Under the pieces are notes generated by a model. It was given only the letters and a program-made list of their open reading frames with translations, was not told the origin of the DNA and did not search any database. From assembly GCA_963677495.2 (NCBI GenBank), contig CAXXOU010000004.1, positions 672,001 through 736,000 on the forward strand: DNA of 64,000 nt. The letters are read 5' to 3'. This DNA is from Candidatus Cloacimonadales bacterium. Its GTDB lineage: Bacteria > Cloacimonadota > Cloacimonadia > Cloacimonadales > JAFGVF01. Below, piece by piece: positions 30,270 to 40,081 of the stretch (its first letter is position 1; the number at the start of each line of letters is the position of its first letter). The position numbers and the translations under genes are program-made.

Positions 30270-32681
30270 TTACTCAAATACACTCTTTATGAAGTAAAAC
30301 TCCTTACCCTCAGTGACATTTACACTCCAGCTGGTGTTCACAGTCTCTCCATTTGGTGCTAAGATATAATCACTGTCCGGTGTGTCAGCAAAGTAAACAC
30401 GGTATCCTACAGCTCCATCAACAGCATCCCAGTTGAGTGTTAGAACATCACCTAAAACTTCAACCACCACATTCGATGGGGCTACAATCTGGTAGCTGAC
30501 AACATCCATTGTAACATTCACTGTCTCAGATGGTGTACTACCATTATGGTCAACAATAATTCTGGCAGTATAAGTGCCCACATCAAGTCCGTCAGAATCC
30601 AAATGCACATTGATTAATTCTGTTTGACTAGAGCTCAAATATCCGTTTCTATGAAAAGAACCATCCAACGTTAGCCAAGGTGTTTCCAAACCACCGGAAA
30701 CATCAATGTCATCAATTCTCCAGATCGAGTCATAATCACCCCTGTAATAGAACCCAATATAGACATCACTACTGTTATAGTCAGATAAATCAATCGTTCT
30801 CTGGGTCCAGTTAGGTGTATGAACACCGAACTCTTGCAATTCTACAAACTCACCATCATTGGGGTCTCCACTTCCTGTTGATATCCAAACCCCATGATAT
30901 GTATAGTACTGATAACTATCCACATACTGGTTCTTTTCCCAGAAATTAAGGGAGTTATCAACCCCGAGCGAAATAAGCGGAGTCACAATCCAATCTTCTG
31001 CCATACCGCTATAGTTCGAATCAGCATGATAGATTGATTTAGTAGGGGAGTGAGAAGTCGAGGAAGTCCTTTGCCATCCACTATAGTTTTGAGCACCGAC
31101 TCTATATAGATTCCATCCGTCAGAAGGGAATGATGCACCTTCGAAGTCCTCCATCAATATATCTCTTGTGGCCGGACCGGTTACAGAGGCATGGTAAATC
31201 AAGTCCATATCCCCGGTATTCTCAAGTACAAGTGGTTCGCTGTCTGTGCTCTCTTGCGCAATAGTTTTAGCTATAGTATGTGTGCTAAGCTGAATCTGGG
31301 GTGAGCTTCCTCGTTCAGCAATATTGATGTCATCAATAAACCACCCGGCTTTCTGAATCGAACTGTTAGCTGTCAGTCTAAATCGGATTGAGAAGCTTGA
31401 TTCATTCGCAAAATCGGTCAAATCAAACATCTCCTGTTGCCACCATGAATTATCTACAGTGTCATCCTGCTCCCATTGTATATAGGAGCTCTCACTAAAT
31501 CCTGTTGCGCCACTATAGTTTTCTGAAGAACCAAGATACTGTGCCGGAGCAAAACCGGTCCAACTATTCCCGTCATCAGTAGTGTATTCAATCAGACAGT
31601 TATCACCATTCGCTTCCGTTTTAGCAATATGCTTAAATGTGAGTATAGCATTGTTATGCGCAGAAAGGTCTAAACTGGAAGTCTGGAAGAGAATATTCTC
31701 ATCATTAGCTTCATACGCACAGAAAGCAGCTTGTGAGCCTTCACAGTAAAACTCACTTCCTATTTGCCAATACGTGTTGTTCTGAGAGTAGTTGTTGAAC
31801 TTAATTAACCCGGTCTCAAAGCCTTCCGAATAGGGGAGAGTAGCTGTCCCGAGTTCAGTAGTAAATGCCCATTCCATACCGTTCGTAGTGAGAGTTCCAT
31901 TACCCGAGTTAACCTTCCAGTAGTAAGTAACACCGGGCATTAATGGACCGCCAAGTTGAGCATTACTGAGTGATGCAATGCTACTGCCTGAATAGATTAC
32001 ATTAGTTGGGGGAGAGACAGTATCAAACAGCACTTCAGCTGTAGTAGAGTTTGAACCTGTCGACCAGCTCAAGTCAGTTGTCAGACTAACATCTGTTTCA
32101 TATATATCTGGAAGGGGTGAAGTTGCCATGCCGGGACCAATAGGGGTTCCTACTACCTCAATATCATCAATACAAATACCGAAACCATAATAGGCAGTAC
32201 CTGCAAATCCGATTTCAGTAGTTGATGTACAAGTCCCTAACGGTACTTCAATATATGACCAATCGTATATATCGAAGATATTGTTGTACATGTTCTGCCA
32301 GCTTCCGTTTTCGGTTGTTTTCTTTTGAACCTCAATCAAATCACTATCATTGAACCAGGCTTCTTTACATATCCAGAAGCGAAGATACAGATTATTGTAA
32401 TTAGCTAAGTCCATTTCAGGTAATACCATACGTGAAGAATTCCCGTCTGTTGAAGGATAGAAGAAGAAAGCATTTCTTGAATTGGAATGTGCAGTAGGGG
32501 GGTGATCATTATGTCCACCTTCAGCAAGAGACCAGCTACCCAGACCACTTATCCTCTGTTGTTCCCATGAGAAGTAGTAATCGAAGTTAGAATCGAAATC
32601 ATAAAAGAAGATGGTTTCAGCTTGAATAGATAGAATAATAGTAATAAAAATGCATAGAATTAATGTCTTTTTCATAGTCAT
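30270..32681 (-). CDS. Secreted multidomain protein with MAM/cleaved-adhesin (choice-of-anchor J)-like and FN3-like domains
   Basis: Signal peptide, repeated EDFE...W...IDDI modules, YYWKV, C-terminal LNWDAVDGAVGYRVY domain. Confidence 0.8.
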   Translation of the reverse strand: MTMKKTLILCIFITIILSIQAETIFFYDFDSNFDYYFSWEQQRISGLGSWSLAEGGHNDHPPTAHSNSRNAFFFYPSTDGNSSRMVLPEMDLANYNNLYLRFWICKEAWFNDSDLIEVQKKTTENGSWQNMYNNIFDIYDWSYIEVPLGTCTSTTEIGFAGTAYYGFGICIDDIEVVGTPIGPGMATSPLPDIYETDVSLTTDLSWSTGSNSTTAEVLFDTVSPPTNVIYSGSSIASLSNAQLGGPLMPGVTYYWKVNSGNGTLTTNGMEWAFTTELGTATLPYSEGFETGLIKFNNYSQNNTYWQIGSEFYCEGSQAAFCAYEANDENILFQTSSLDLSAHNNAILTFKHIAKTEANGDNCLIEYTTDDGNSWTGFAPAQYLGSSENYSGATGFSESSYIQWEQDDTVDNSWWQQEMFDLTDFANESSFSIRFRLTANSSIQKAGWFIDDINIAERGSSPQIQLSTHTIAKTIAQESTDSEPLVLENTGDMDLIYHASVTGPATRDILMEDFEGASFPSDGWNLYRVGAQNYSGWQRTSSTSHSPTKSIYHADSNYSGMAEDWIVTPLISLGVDNSLNFWEKNQYVDSYQYYTYHGVWISTGSGDPNDGEFVELQEFGVHTPNWTQRTIDLSDYNSSDVYIGFYYRGDYDSIWRIDDIDVSGGLETPWLTLDGSFHRNGYLSSSQTELINVHLDSDGLDVGTYTARIIVDHNGSTPSETVNVTMDVVSYQIVAPSNVVVEVLGDVLTLNWDAVDGAVGYRVYFADTPDSDYILAPNGETVNTSWSVNVTEGKEFYFIKSVFE

Positions 32682-32751
32682 ACCTCTTAGAATTCCTGAA
32701 CAAAGTTCAGCATATAGCTAACTAGTTGTCAATAAATTTATTTACACGCGT

Positions 32752-32950
32752 TTACGTAACTCAGCTTCACATGTACAACGACGTTGAACGTCGTTCCCAC
32801 GCAACTCAGTAACAGTACCTTTAGAATGGTCCCAAGACCTTCTAAATGGTGCTCTTGTTACATTCCCCTCTTGTAGAGGGGTGCAGTTGGAAACGGCGGA
32901 GTGTTATTCCCCTCTCGTAGAGGGGTGGCGACTTGTCGATGGGGTGGTTT
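32752..32950. repeat. Further copy of the composite repeat unit, upstream of the adhesin-like gene
   Basis: ttacgtaactcagcttcacatgtacaacgacgttg...cagtacctttagaatggtcccaagaccttctaaatgg...attcccctct. Confidence 0.85.
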
Positions 32951-33004
32951 AATTCTTCATTTTTATTCCTTTCATTTCCTGTCGCTCCGGATAATAGAAG
33001 ACGG

Positions 33005-33240
33005 ATGCATCTTGCATTCAGCATTCAGCATTTTGCATTTTGCATTTTGCATCCTCTTTCCCTCTCTACTCTCAGCAGTAATTGTTGCTTGCAAATTGAT
33101 TCTAACTTATTAACAAATTGGTCACTTCTTAGTATTTAACCCAAGGATTACCCAAGTGTTTCACAAGGGTTTCCCAAGTGTCTCACAGGAATTACTGCTG
33201 GGAGATGAGGGAGAAATGAAGGTAACTTGCGTGGTTTAAT
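33005..33240. repeat. Heptamer tract (GCATTTT/GCATTCA)n followed by an 11-bp-period tract (CCAAG core)
   Basis: gcattcagcattcagcattttgcattttgcattttgc; ccaaggattac ccaagtgtttc acaagggtttc ccaagtgtctc. Confidence 0.75.
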
Positions 33241-33327
33241 AAACTTTAGGGAAAATGTTAAAAAGTTTCTTGACTTATGAAGAACTTAAAATACATTATA
33301 CTCCATATTTTATCTGGAGGGAAAGTT

Positions 33328-34026
33328 ATGGCAACACCTTATTTGAAAAAAATGTTTGATCAAAAGGATTTTGTATTAGATGCAGTGAATTATGGGGTGA
33401 GGATTCTTTTCATACTTGAATCACCTGGAAACAATGAAGTTAAGAGTAAAAATCCTGCAGTTGGAAAATCAGGAAAGGATATGACAAGGTTATTATTACA
33501 GAAGACCAACGATAATCCAATCATAGGAATAGGTAATCTAATAAAAAATGAGAATAATGAACTTAACACATTATCCGATGAAGACAAAAATTTCGTAAAG
33601 CAACTTGGAGTAATGAATGTATGTAATTATCCTATGCAACATAGACTTAGTACCGATGTCCTAAGAAACTCAGTGATATTCAAGCGAATTAGTAAAAAAC
33701 AAGATAAATATGTTAAAGGAGAATCTTCGGAAAAACTGCAACAGTTACATGATGAAATTATCAATGACTTTAAAGCTAGATTATTAACTGCAATTGATAA
33801 TGGTGTTGAATATATTATTCCATGTGGTACATTTGCTAGAGTTGTTATTGAACAGCTTATTAGTAAAGGAGACATTGAAGAAATACCATATCCAAGTTGG
33901 GCAGAAAATATTCCTCATCCAGCTAGAAATCAATGGTTTCCTCAGGATAATGAAAAGAACAAGTCTAGATTAGGAATAATTCAGAATATGTTAAATGAGA
34001 TAAAATTGATTATTGATAATGGGTGA
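33328..34026 (+). CDS. Uracil-DNA glycosylase-superfamily protein
   Basis: ILFILESPGNNE...PAVGKSG (motif A-like), MNVC, PCGTFA, IPHPARNQW (motif B-like); SD GGAGG. Confidence 0.7.
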   Translation: MATPYLKKMFDQKDFVLDAVNYGVRILFILESPGNNEVKSKNPAVGKSGKDMTRLLLQKTNDNPIIGIGNLIKNENNELNTLSDEDKNFVKQLGVMNVCNYPMQHRLSTDVLRNSVIFKRISKKQDKYVKGESSEKLQQLHDEIINDFKARLLTAIDNGVEYIIPCGTFARVVIEQLISKGDIEEIPYPSWAENIPHPARNQWFPQDNEKNKSRLGIIQNMLNEIKLIIDNG

Positions 34027-34117
34027 TTCTTTGACGAATTTACCTTAATCTAATAAAATCTAAAGAAATGCCATGAGATACTAAAATGTAAATATATGTC
34101 ATTTAAAGGAGCAGGAT

Positions 34118-34786
34118 TTGATAGAAAGTAGAATGAATGAAAGTAAAGTTCTGTTAGAAGTACTTACATCTTTATTGGTGCCATATGACAAATTTAGAAA
34201 GACAACAATATCCAGAATTGCTACATTAGGTGGGAAATATCTTGTTGCAGGAAGTGAAGATATTTCTACTTCAATCGCGAACGATTTTGTTACAAATTAT
34301 GCATATATGACTGCTTTTAAGCTAAAGAGTGAGTTCATAGATCAGTATATTGATAACTCATTGTTACATAATCGATCTAAACCGTTAATTATCAGATTAA
34401 TGTATATTATTGAAATGGTTCGTTCTATTACTATTATATATGACAGGACGATTACGGAGAACAATCTTCATTATGTAAGTATTCACTTAAGTACAAATAT
34501 ACTTGAATTAATCTTAAGGAAGAGATCTAGATCTAGATCTACTATGAATAAATTTTTATATTCCCATCTAAAAAGTGCCACAAATTATAATACAAAGGCA
34601 ATTGAAGAACAAATCTATAATTTGTTAACATTAAATGATATTACAAATTACTTTCACAATTATCGTACAAAACCTAGAGAGTTTTCTCACGGAAGAACAA
34701 TTCAGTTTAAAGTTGAAGACTCTCTTATGTGGAGGATCGGGCAAAGGGTTATTGGATACTATAAATTTCTTGAAATTGAGAATTGA
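34118..34786 (+). CDS. Hypothetical protein (AT-rich)
   Basis: 222-aa ORF, SD AAGGAG before TTG. Confidence 0.6.
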   Translation: MIESRMNESKVLLEVLTSLLVPYDKFRKTTISRIATLGGKYLVAGSEDISTSIANDFVTNYAYMTAFKLKSEFIDQYIDNSLLHNRSKPLIIRLMYIIEMVRSITIIYDRTITENNLHYVSIHLSTNILELILRKRSRSRSTMNKFLYSHLKSATNYNTKAIEEQIYNLLTLNDITNYFHNYRTKPREFSHGRTIQFKVEDSLMWRIGQRVIGYYKFLEIEN

Positions 34787-34815
34787 TTTACAAAACAATA
34801 AAGTAAGGAGTTGAA

Positions 34816-35166
34816 ATGCCAACAAAAAAAGAGTTAGCAAAGGAATACGCACAAAGATTACGCGGGAAAAGAGATTCCAGTCTACATGACGAGTTTGCAA
34901 AGATTTTAGATGATATTGAAAAATTAGTATACGAATCTAATAATGAGCCATTAACAAAGCAATTCAAAGTTTCGCTTCTAAATGAAATAAAAAAATATCT
35001 TAGAAAAACAAGGTTAGTTAAGAAAGCTGAGATACTTGATGAAGCTCAAGAAAGTGAAAGGTTTGCACAAAGCTTGAATGCTATTGAAGAATACATTAAA
35101 CCTGCAATAGATGTAATTGAAGCTGAAGTACAAACATTAAATCAAGAGATTGAAGCTGAGGTTTAG
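34816..35166 (+). CDS. Hypothetical helical protein
   Basis: SD AAGGAG, 116 aa, charged. Confidence 0.65.
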   Translation: MPTKKELAKEYAQRLRGKRDSSLHDEFAKILDDIEKLVYESNNEPLTKQFKVSLLNEIKKYLRKTRLVKKAEILDEAQESERFAQSLNAIEEYIKPAIDVIEAEVQTLNQEIEAEV

Positions 35167-35170
35167 CAGA

Positions 35171-35617
35171 ATGGAGTTATTTATTGATTACATAATACCC
35201 TTTCTAGCTTTATTGATTTCAGTACTTAATTCTTCTTTTTATCTATTTAGTTATAGAGTTGAGTTAAAGCAACGTAAATTTGATCTTGAACATAAACTGC
35301 TAATTGATATTAGAGATGCTAGGTCAAAATTCTTAGATATCTGTGACAAACTTACAAGTATTCCTAAAAATAAAACTGAACTAACCTCAGTTGTTGCAGC
35401 TATGGTTGAAGAGAGGAAAGAAGAGTATTTAAACACTATTGACTATACTTGCGACAAGTATTTGAATGGTTTTTTAGATAAGAAGAGTTTTATCAATAAT
35501 CTGAGTCCTTTAGTTTTAACTATATCATCATCCAAGACGCTTAGAAACAGTGTGTTCAATGAAAAGAAAAATATTTATCCAAACATAAAAAGAGTCGTAT
35601 TGGAATTAGAAAAATGA
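35171..35617 (+). CDS. Hypothetical protein with N-terminal TM helix (DUF4760-like)
   Basis: TM at residues 5-27; EYLNTIDYTCDKYLNGFLDKKSF pattern; family call from recollection. Confidence 0.55.
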   Translation: MELFIDYIIPFLALLISVLNSSFYLFSYRVELKQRKFDLEHKLLIDIRDARSKFLDICDKLTSIPKNKTELTSVVAAMVEERKEEYLNTIDYTCDKYLNGFLDKKSFINNLSPLVLTISSSKTLRNSVFNEKKNIYPNIKRVVLELEK

Positions 35618-35829
35618 TTTTAATCTAAGTGCGTCTAGATTATACAGTTATTCTTGAAGTATGAATATTGTTCATTTATGTTAATTCTTATGAAAAAGTT
35701 GGATGATATACCTTCCTTATGATTATGGAGAGTTTAAAATTCCCGAAATGAAAAAATAAAAAAGTTTACCATTTTGTAAGTAAAACGGGCTTTTTGTGAG
35801 CAAGGGTAAGTGAAACGAGGTTTCACAGG

Positions 35830-36270
35830 TAATAGCCTAGAGCCAATAGCTGAATGCTGAATGCTAGATGCAAAATGCAAGATGTAAAATGCAAGATGCA
35901 AAAAGGGAATAGTTCGACCCCTTTGGGGTCGTGGTTTGTTGGTGGTTGTTGACCCCACGCTTGCGCATGGGGCTATTCAGGTTCAGCTAACTTCGTAGCT
36001 GATATATATAAGAAATAGTACAGTGGATAGCTGAGCTACGGTGTACTTAGGAGACATCTGAGGGCTCAAGATGTTGAGCCCCTACGAAAGTGTTGACCTC
36101 AGCCGAGACAGCTGAGCTACGTAAAACGGTGCTCCGGACCGTTTCAATCACCCAGGGGTGGTTGCGTTACATTGGGGAAACGACGTGCAACATCGATGTA
36201 CATTTGAAGAAAGGGACGTGCAACGTCGATGTACATTTTGAAGAAAGCGACGTGCAACGTCGTTGAACAT
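35830..36270. repeat. Mosaic of heptamer repeats and REP-like palindromes
   Basis: (AAATGCA)n tract, ttcgacccc-ttt-ggggtcg, ccccacgc..gcatgggg, gggctcaa..ttgagccc, three gacgtgcaacgtcg-type units. Confidence 0.75.
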
Positions 36271-36348
36271 ACTATTAACTGATATTCACTTGACAGCATG
36301 CCGTATGAAAAGAATTTTGGGGAAATAACAATATATTCTGGAGGATAA

Positions 36349-37266
36349 ATGGCTTTCACTAAACTATCTCAAACATTCGATTTCTTAAAGGATAAACCAA
36401 AGAAGAAACTTGTTGCTGTATATGCAAATGACTCTCACACAATCGGAGCTGTTAATATGGCAGTTGATAAAGGTATTATTGATGGTATCTTACTCGGTGA
36501 CAAGGAGACAATCGAGAAGGTTTGTAAGGAAGAGGGAATCGATGTTAATAAGTTCCAGGTTATTCATGAATCAAATCCGATGCAGTGTGCTTTGAAAGCA
36601 TGTGATATGATTAATGCCGGTGAAGGTGACCTTATTATGAAAGGTCTCTTAAGCACTGATCAATATATGAGAGCTATCCTTAATAAAGAGCGTGGCCTCA
36701 TGGAGAAGAAAGCTGTGCTTAGTCATGTAACTGTGTTTGAGATTCCAAGTTATCATAAGCTTATGATTGCCGGTGATGTTGCTATTATCCCTGCTCCGGA
36801 CTTGAATCAGAAGATTGCTATTACTAACTACCTAATAAAAACAGCTCATGCACTTGGTATCGAAAAACCTAAAGTTGGTATGCTCGCTGCTTCTGAGCAG
36901 ACTCTTCCTAAGATGCAAGCTTGTGTTGACGCGGCTATTATCTCTAAGATGGCCGAAAGAGGTCAGATTAAAGGTGCCTATGTTGACGGTCCTCTCGCTT
37001 TTGACCTTATGGTTGATGCTGAGTCAGTTAAAATTAAAAAGCTTGTTAGCCCTGTTGCCGGTGATGTTGATTGCGTTGTATTCCCTAATATTGAAAGCGG
37101 AAACGTATTCTATAAATCAATCACACGCTTCGGTGGTGCATCACTTGGTGCTCTCGTTGTTGGAGCTAAGGTTCCGGCTGTGCTCTCATCTCGTGGTGAC
37201 ACAACCGAAACTAAGATGTACTCAATTGCACTCGGTGCTACTCTTGCTTTCTTGAATAATAAATAA
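36349..37266 (+). CDS. ptb: Phosphate butyryl/acetyltransferase
   Basis: LIMKG, VLSHV, DGPLAFD, PNIESGNVFYK, VLSSRGD. Confidence 0.88.
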   Translation: MAFTKLSQTFDFLKDKPKKKLVAVYANDSHTIGAVNMAVDKGIIDGILLGDKETIEKVCKEEGIDVNKFQVIHESNPMQCALKACDMINAGEGDLIMKGLLSTDQYMRAILNKERGLMEKKAVLSHVTVFEIPSYHKLMIAGDVAIIPAPDLNQKIAITNYLIKTAHALGIEKPKVGMLAASEQTLPKMQACVDAAIISKMAERGQIKGAYVDGPLAFDLMVDAESVKIKKLVSPVAGDVDCVVFPNIESGNVFYKSITRFGGASLGALVVGAKVPAVLSSRGDTTETKMYSIALGATLAFLNNK

Positions 37267-37286
37267 GAAATAGACTATTATAAATG

Positions 37287-37316
37287 AAAAGGCTACCGGA
37301 AACGGTGGCCTTTTTT
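37287..37316 (+). terminator. Intrinsic terminator after ptb
   Basis: aaaaggctaccg-gaaa-cggtggcctttttt. Confidence 0.85.
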
Positions 37317-37464
37317 AATATCCACAGACTTATACTGACAGGCACTGACTTGCACTGACATATAGGAAGAGTTGCCACTGATTCCTCAGATTAGCTCAGA
37401 AAGTACAGAGGTGTCAATGGCATTTTAAATTGGTACAGTTTGGCATTTAAAAATGGTACAGTCT

Positions 37465-38196
37465 TCATTTTTGAAAATTCCTTAGTCTAAAGCTGTCTCC
37501 GAGCATTGTAATTGGTTGTGAGTGATGGAGTAATCTATCAAGAATAGCAGTTGCTATCACATTGTCGTTAAAAATAGCTCCCCATTCATTAAACAACCTA
37601 TTCGATGTTATGATTACTGATCTAAATTCGTATAAGAGATGGATGAGTCTAAAGAACAGATTAGCTGCCTTTGTCTGGAGAGGAAGATACCCCATCTCAT
37701 CTATAACTATCAGATCATTCTTGGCTATATTGCTTAGATATTTATCTATGTTGTTATCTGCTTCAGCTAGTACAAGTTCTTCGATAAGGTTGTTCAGATT
37801 ATAAAACACCACCTTATATCCTGCCTTTATTGCTTCATAACTGAGTGCTGTTGCAACATGAGTCTTACCTACTCCCGGAGGTCCCATTAAAATTATATTC
37901 CTCCTCTGCTCCAGCCAGACAAAGTTCTTCCACTCCTTTACTTGTCTTTTGGTTATTACTTGTTGATAAGCATAGTCGAACTCATCAAAGGTCTTTATTA
38001 CCGGGATGTGAGCCTGTTTAAGTCTTCTGTTGATATTGGTTTGATTCCTTCCTGAGTTCTCTTTTTCAAATAGATAATGTACGAACTCCAGATAAGTCAT
38101 ATTCTGTTTCTCTGCTTCTAAAACTGCACTTTCAAGAGTATTCAAAATATGAGTACAACGAGCCCTTTTGATGTATGTTTTAGTTATCTCTATCAT
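37465..38196 (-). CDS. istB: IS21 helper ATPase
   Basis: Identical translation to 28749-29480. Confidence 0.96.
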   Translation of the reverse strand: MIEITKTYIKRARCTHILNTLESAVLEAEKQNMTYLEFVHYLFEKENSGRNQTNINRRLKQAHIPVIKTFDEFDYAYQQVITKRQVKEWKNFVWLEQRRNIILMGPPGVGKTHVATALSYEAIKAGYKVVFYNLNNLIEELVLAEADNNIDKYLSNIAKNDLIVIDEMGYLPLQTKAANLFFRLIHLLYEFRSVIITSNRLFNEWGAIFNDNVIATAILDRLLHHSQPITMLGDSFRLRNFQK

Positions 38197-38197
38197 C

Positions 38198-39673
38198 TTA
38201 TAACACCTTCATGTAGTCATCTAATGAGCGCTCTATTAATGAACTCTCTGAGTCTTGTTGTGGTTCTGATTCTGATAATTCATTTAGCTTCATTTGTCTT
38301 ACTTTTGCATTCAGAAGCTTCTCTATGGCTGTTGCCTTTACATGCGAAAGAGTCATTACCTCAGGAAGCACTGACTCCCATACATCTGTTTCATAGTTAC
38401 GCTTAAACTTGCTTAAGGCTCTCAACTGATCCCTTGCTATTTTAGGGTTATCATTAACAAGCCTCTGGATTAGTTCTTCTCCTTGGATATATTCACTCAT
38501 CTCATCCTTTACTCGCTCAATAAGCTCTTGTAGCACTACCGTAAAATCCCGATAATGATTAGTGTTTTTGATGATTTTGCCTTTTTCTGTGCATAGCTCA
38601 TGTTGGCAGATTTCCTTTCTTGTATAAATATCCATCACCACTAAAGTGCTCTTTTCTTTTTGCACATATACCTGTTTTCGCTGATACTCTAATGGAACAG
38701 AGTACTTATTACCCTCATACGAGATTAAGCCTGTTTTATCTGCATTACGAACTTCTAAAGTGAAGATAAACTCTGGAATATCTTTTAGCTTTAACCTCTC
38801 TTCTTGCCATACTTCTGATGGTACTTTACGGGTTGTGCCATGGGTTCTGCCGTTAAAGTGTAAAAGCCACTCAAGTCCGCGTGAACGCAGGTCTGCCAGG
38901 TCTTTGAACTCTTTGCCATACATAAAGCCATGCTTTACTTCTGAGACATTACGCTCTACTTTACCCTTGCTTTGTGGATCATAGCCTTCGCATACATGAG
39001 GATGAAAGCCCGTTTTTGCTGCAAACTGATGGAACTGATTATTTAAGATTACTTCCCGATAGCGTTCCTGTATTACTACAAGCTTTGTCTGGTCGTAAAC
39101 ACACTCTGAAGGGATACCTTCAAAATAGATAAAAGCTTCACGATGAGCTTCAATAAACCTTGATGTGTTATATGGTGTTGTGCTCCAATGGACATAGCTT
39201 TGACGCGAGTGGGAAAGCACAAAAACTATAAAATAAACTCTTTGACGTTTATTACCCAAAACTACTTTCATCTCACCTGGATCAACTTGAACCTGAACAC
39301 CGGGAGCCGTCTCGATTACTGCATAATTACGGTATTTATCGACAGGATAAGTCTGCTTTAGCTTACGAACAAAATCTCGGAAAGCTCTGTCTTTTGCTTT
39401 TATCTCAGGGAACTTTTTCTTAACTTCTAAATATAGTACACTAGCTCTTAATCGTGGATATTTGCTAAGCCTTTCGCGGACATATTGCTCACATATGGCA
39501 AAACTGCTTTCACGAATGCTATTGTTTATTAGTTCCATGAACTCATCAAGTGTCATATTTATGTATTTACCTACTGTTGTCTTTGATAGAGACAACTCCT
39601 CTGCGATCTTACGCTGACTATGCCCTTGCTTATGCATAGTTTTTATTGAATGATACACTTCTACTCCAATCAT
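38198..39673 (-). CDS. istA: IS21 transposase
   Basis: Identical translation to copy 1. Confidence 0.95.
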   Translation of the reverse strand: MIGVEVYHSIKTMHKQGHSQRKIAEELSLSKTTVGKYINMTLDEFMELINNSIRESSFAICEQYVRERLSKYPRLRASVLYLEVKKKFPEIKAKDRAFRDFVRKLKQTYPVDKYRNYAVIETAPGVQVQVDPGEMKVVLGNKRQRVYFIVFVLSHSRQSYVHWSTTPYNTSRFIEAHREAFIYFEGIPSECVYDQTKLVVIQERYREVILNNQFHQFAAKTGFHPHVCEGYDPQSKGKVERNVSEVKHGFMYGKEFKDLADLRSRGLEWLLHFNGRTHGTTRKVPSEVWQEERLKLKDIPEFIFTLEVRNADKTGLISYEGNKYSVPLEYQRKQVYVQKEKSTLVVMDIYTRKEICQHELCTEKGKIIKNTNHYRDFTVVLQELIERVKDEMSEYIQGEELIQRLVNDNPKIARDQLRALSKFKRNYETDVWESVLPEVMTLSHVKATAIEKLLNAKVRQMKLNELSESEPQQDSESSLIERSLDDYMKVL

Positions 39674-40081
39674 ACCTACTCCAAACTGTCTTGAAGTAGT
39701 CATTTTTAAAGGTTGGCAGTTTTGTACCACTTTTCACTGCCATCGTGTACCATTTCTCACTGCCATTGACAGTACAGAGGAAGATTACAGTTAGGTGATA
39801 GCCCATTAATTAAAGAGATTCCTATTGTACATTCCACTACTTAGGTGGTTTTGCCCAAAAGTGCCCGAAACTCATAGGGGGGGACAGAATGAGAGAGAAA
39901 TAGGGGAATATATTTTAGCTTCGCTGAAAATGGGGGTTTAGGGGTTATAGGGAACAATTTTTATTGGCGAGAAATAATCATAGAGGGACAAAATAACGGA
40001 GAAATTTGGAGATGTTTGGCGAAGTTTGGCAATTTAATGGCAATTAGCAATTTACAGCACTACCGGGACTCGGTTCTTATA

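Larger units (their letters stand above)
37412..39771 (-). mobile_element. IS21-family insertion sequence, copy 2 (2360 bp, inverted relative to copy 1)
   Basis: Same ends and identical protein translations; target duplication GTACAGAGG (37403-37411 / 39772-39780). Confidence 0.95.

Noticed and set aside
34118..34786. HEPN nuclease
   Set aside because: Only loose R/N...H patterns with non-canonical spacing; not supportable without a profile search.
27174..39771. Composite transposon inserted as one unit
   Set aside because: Each IS21 copy has its own target duplication and the outer flanks do not match each other.
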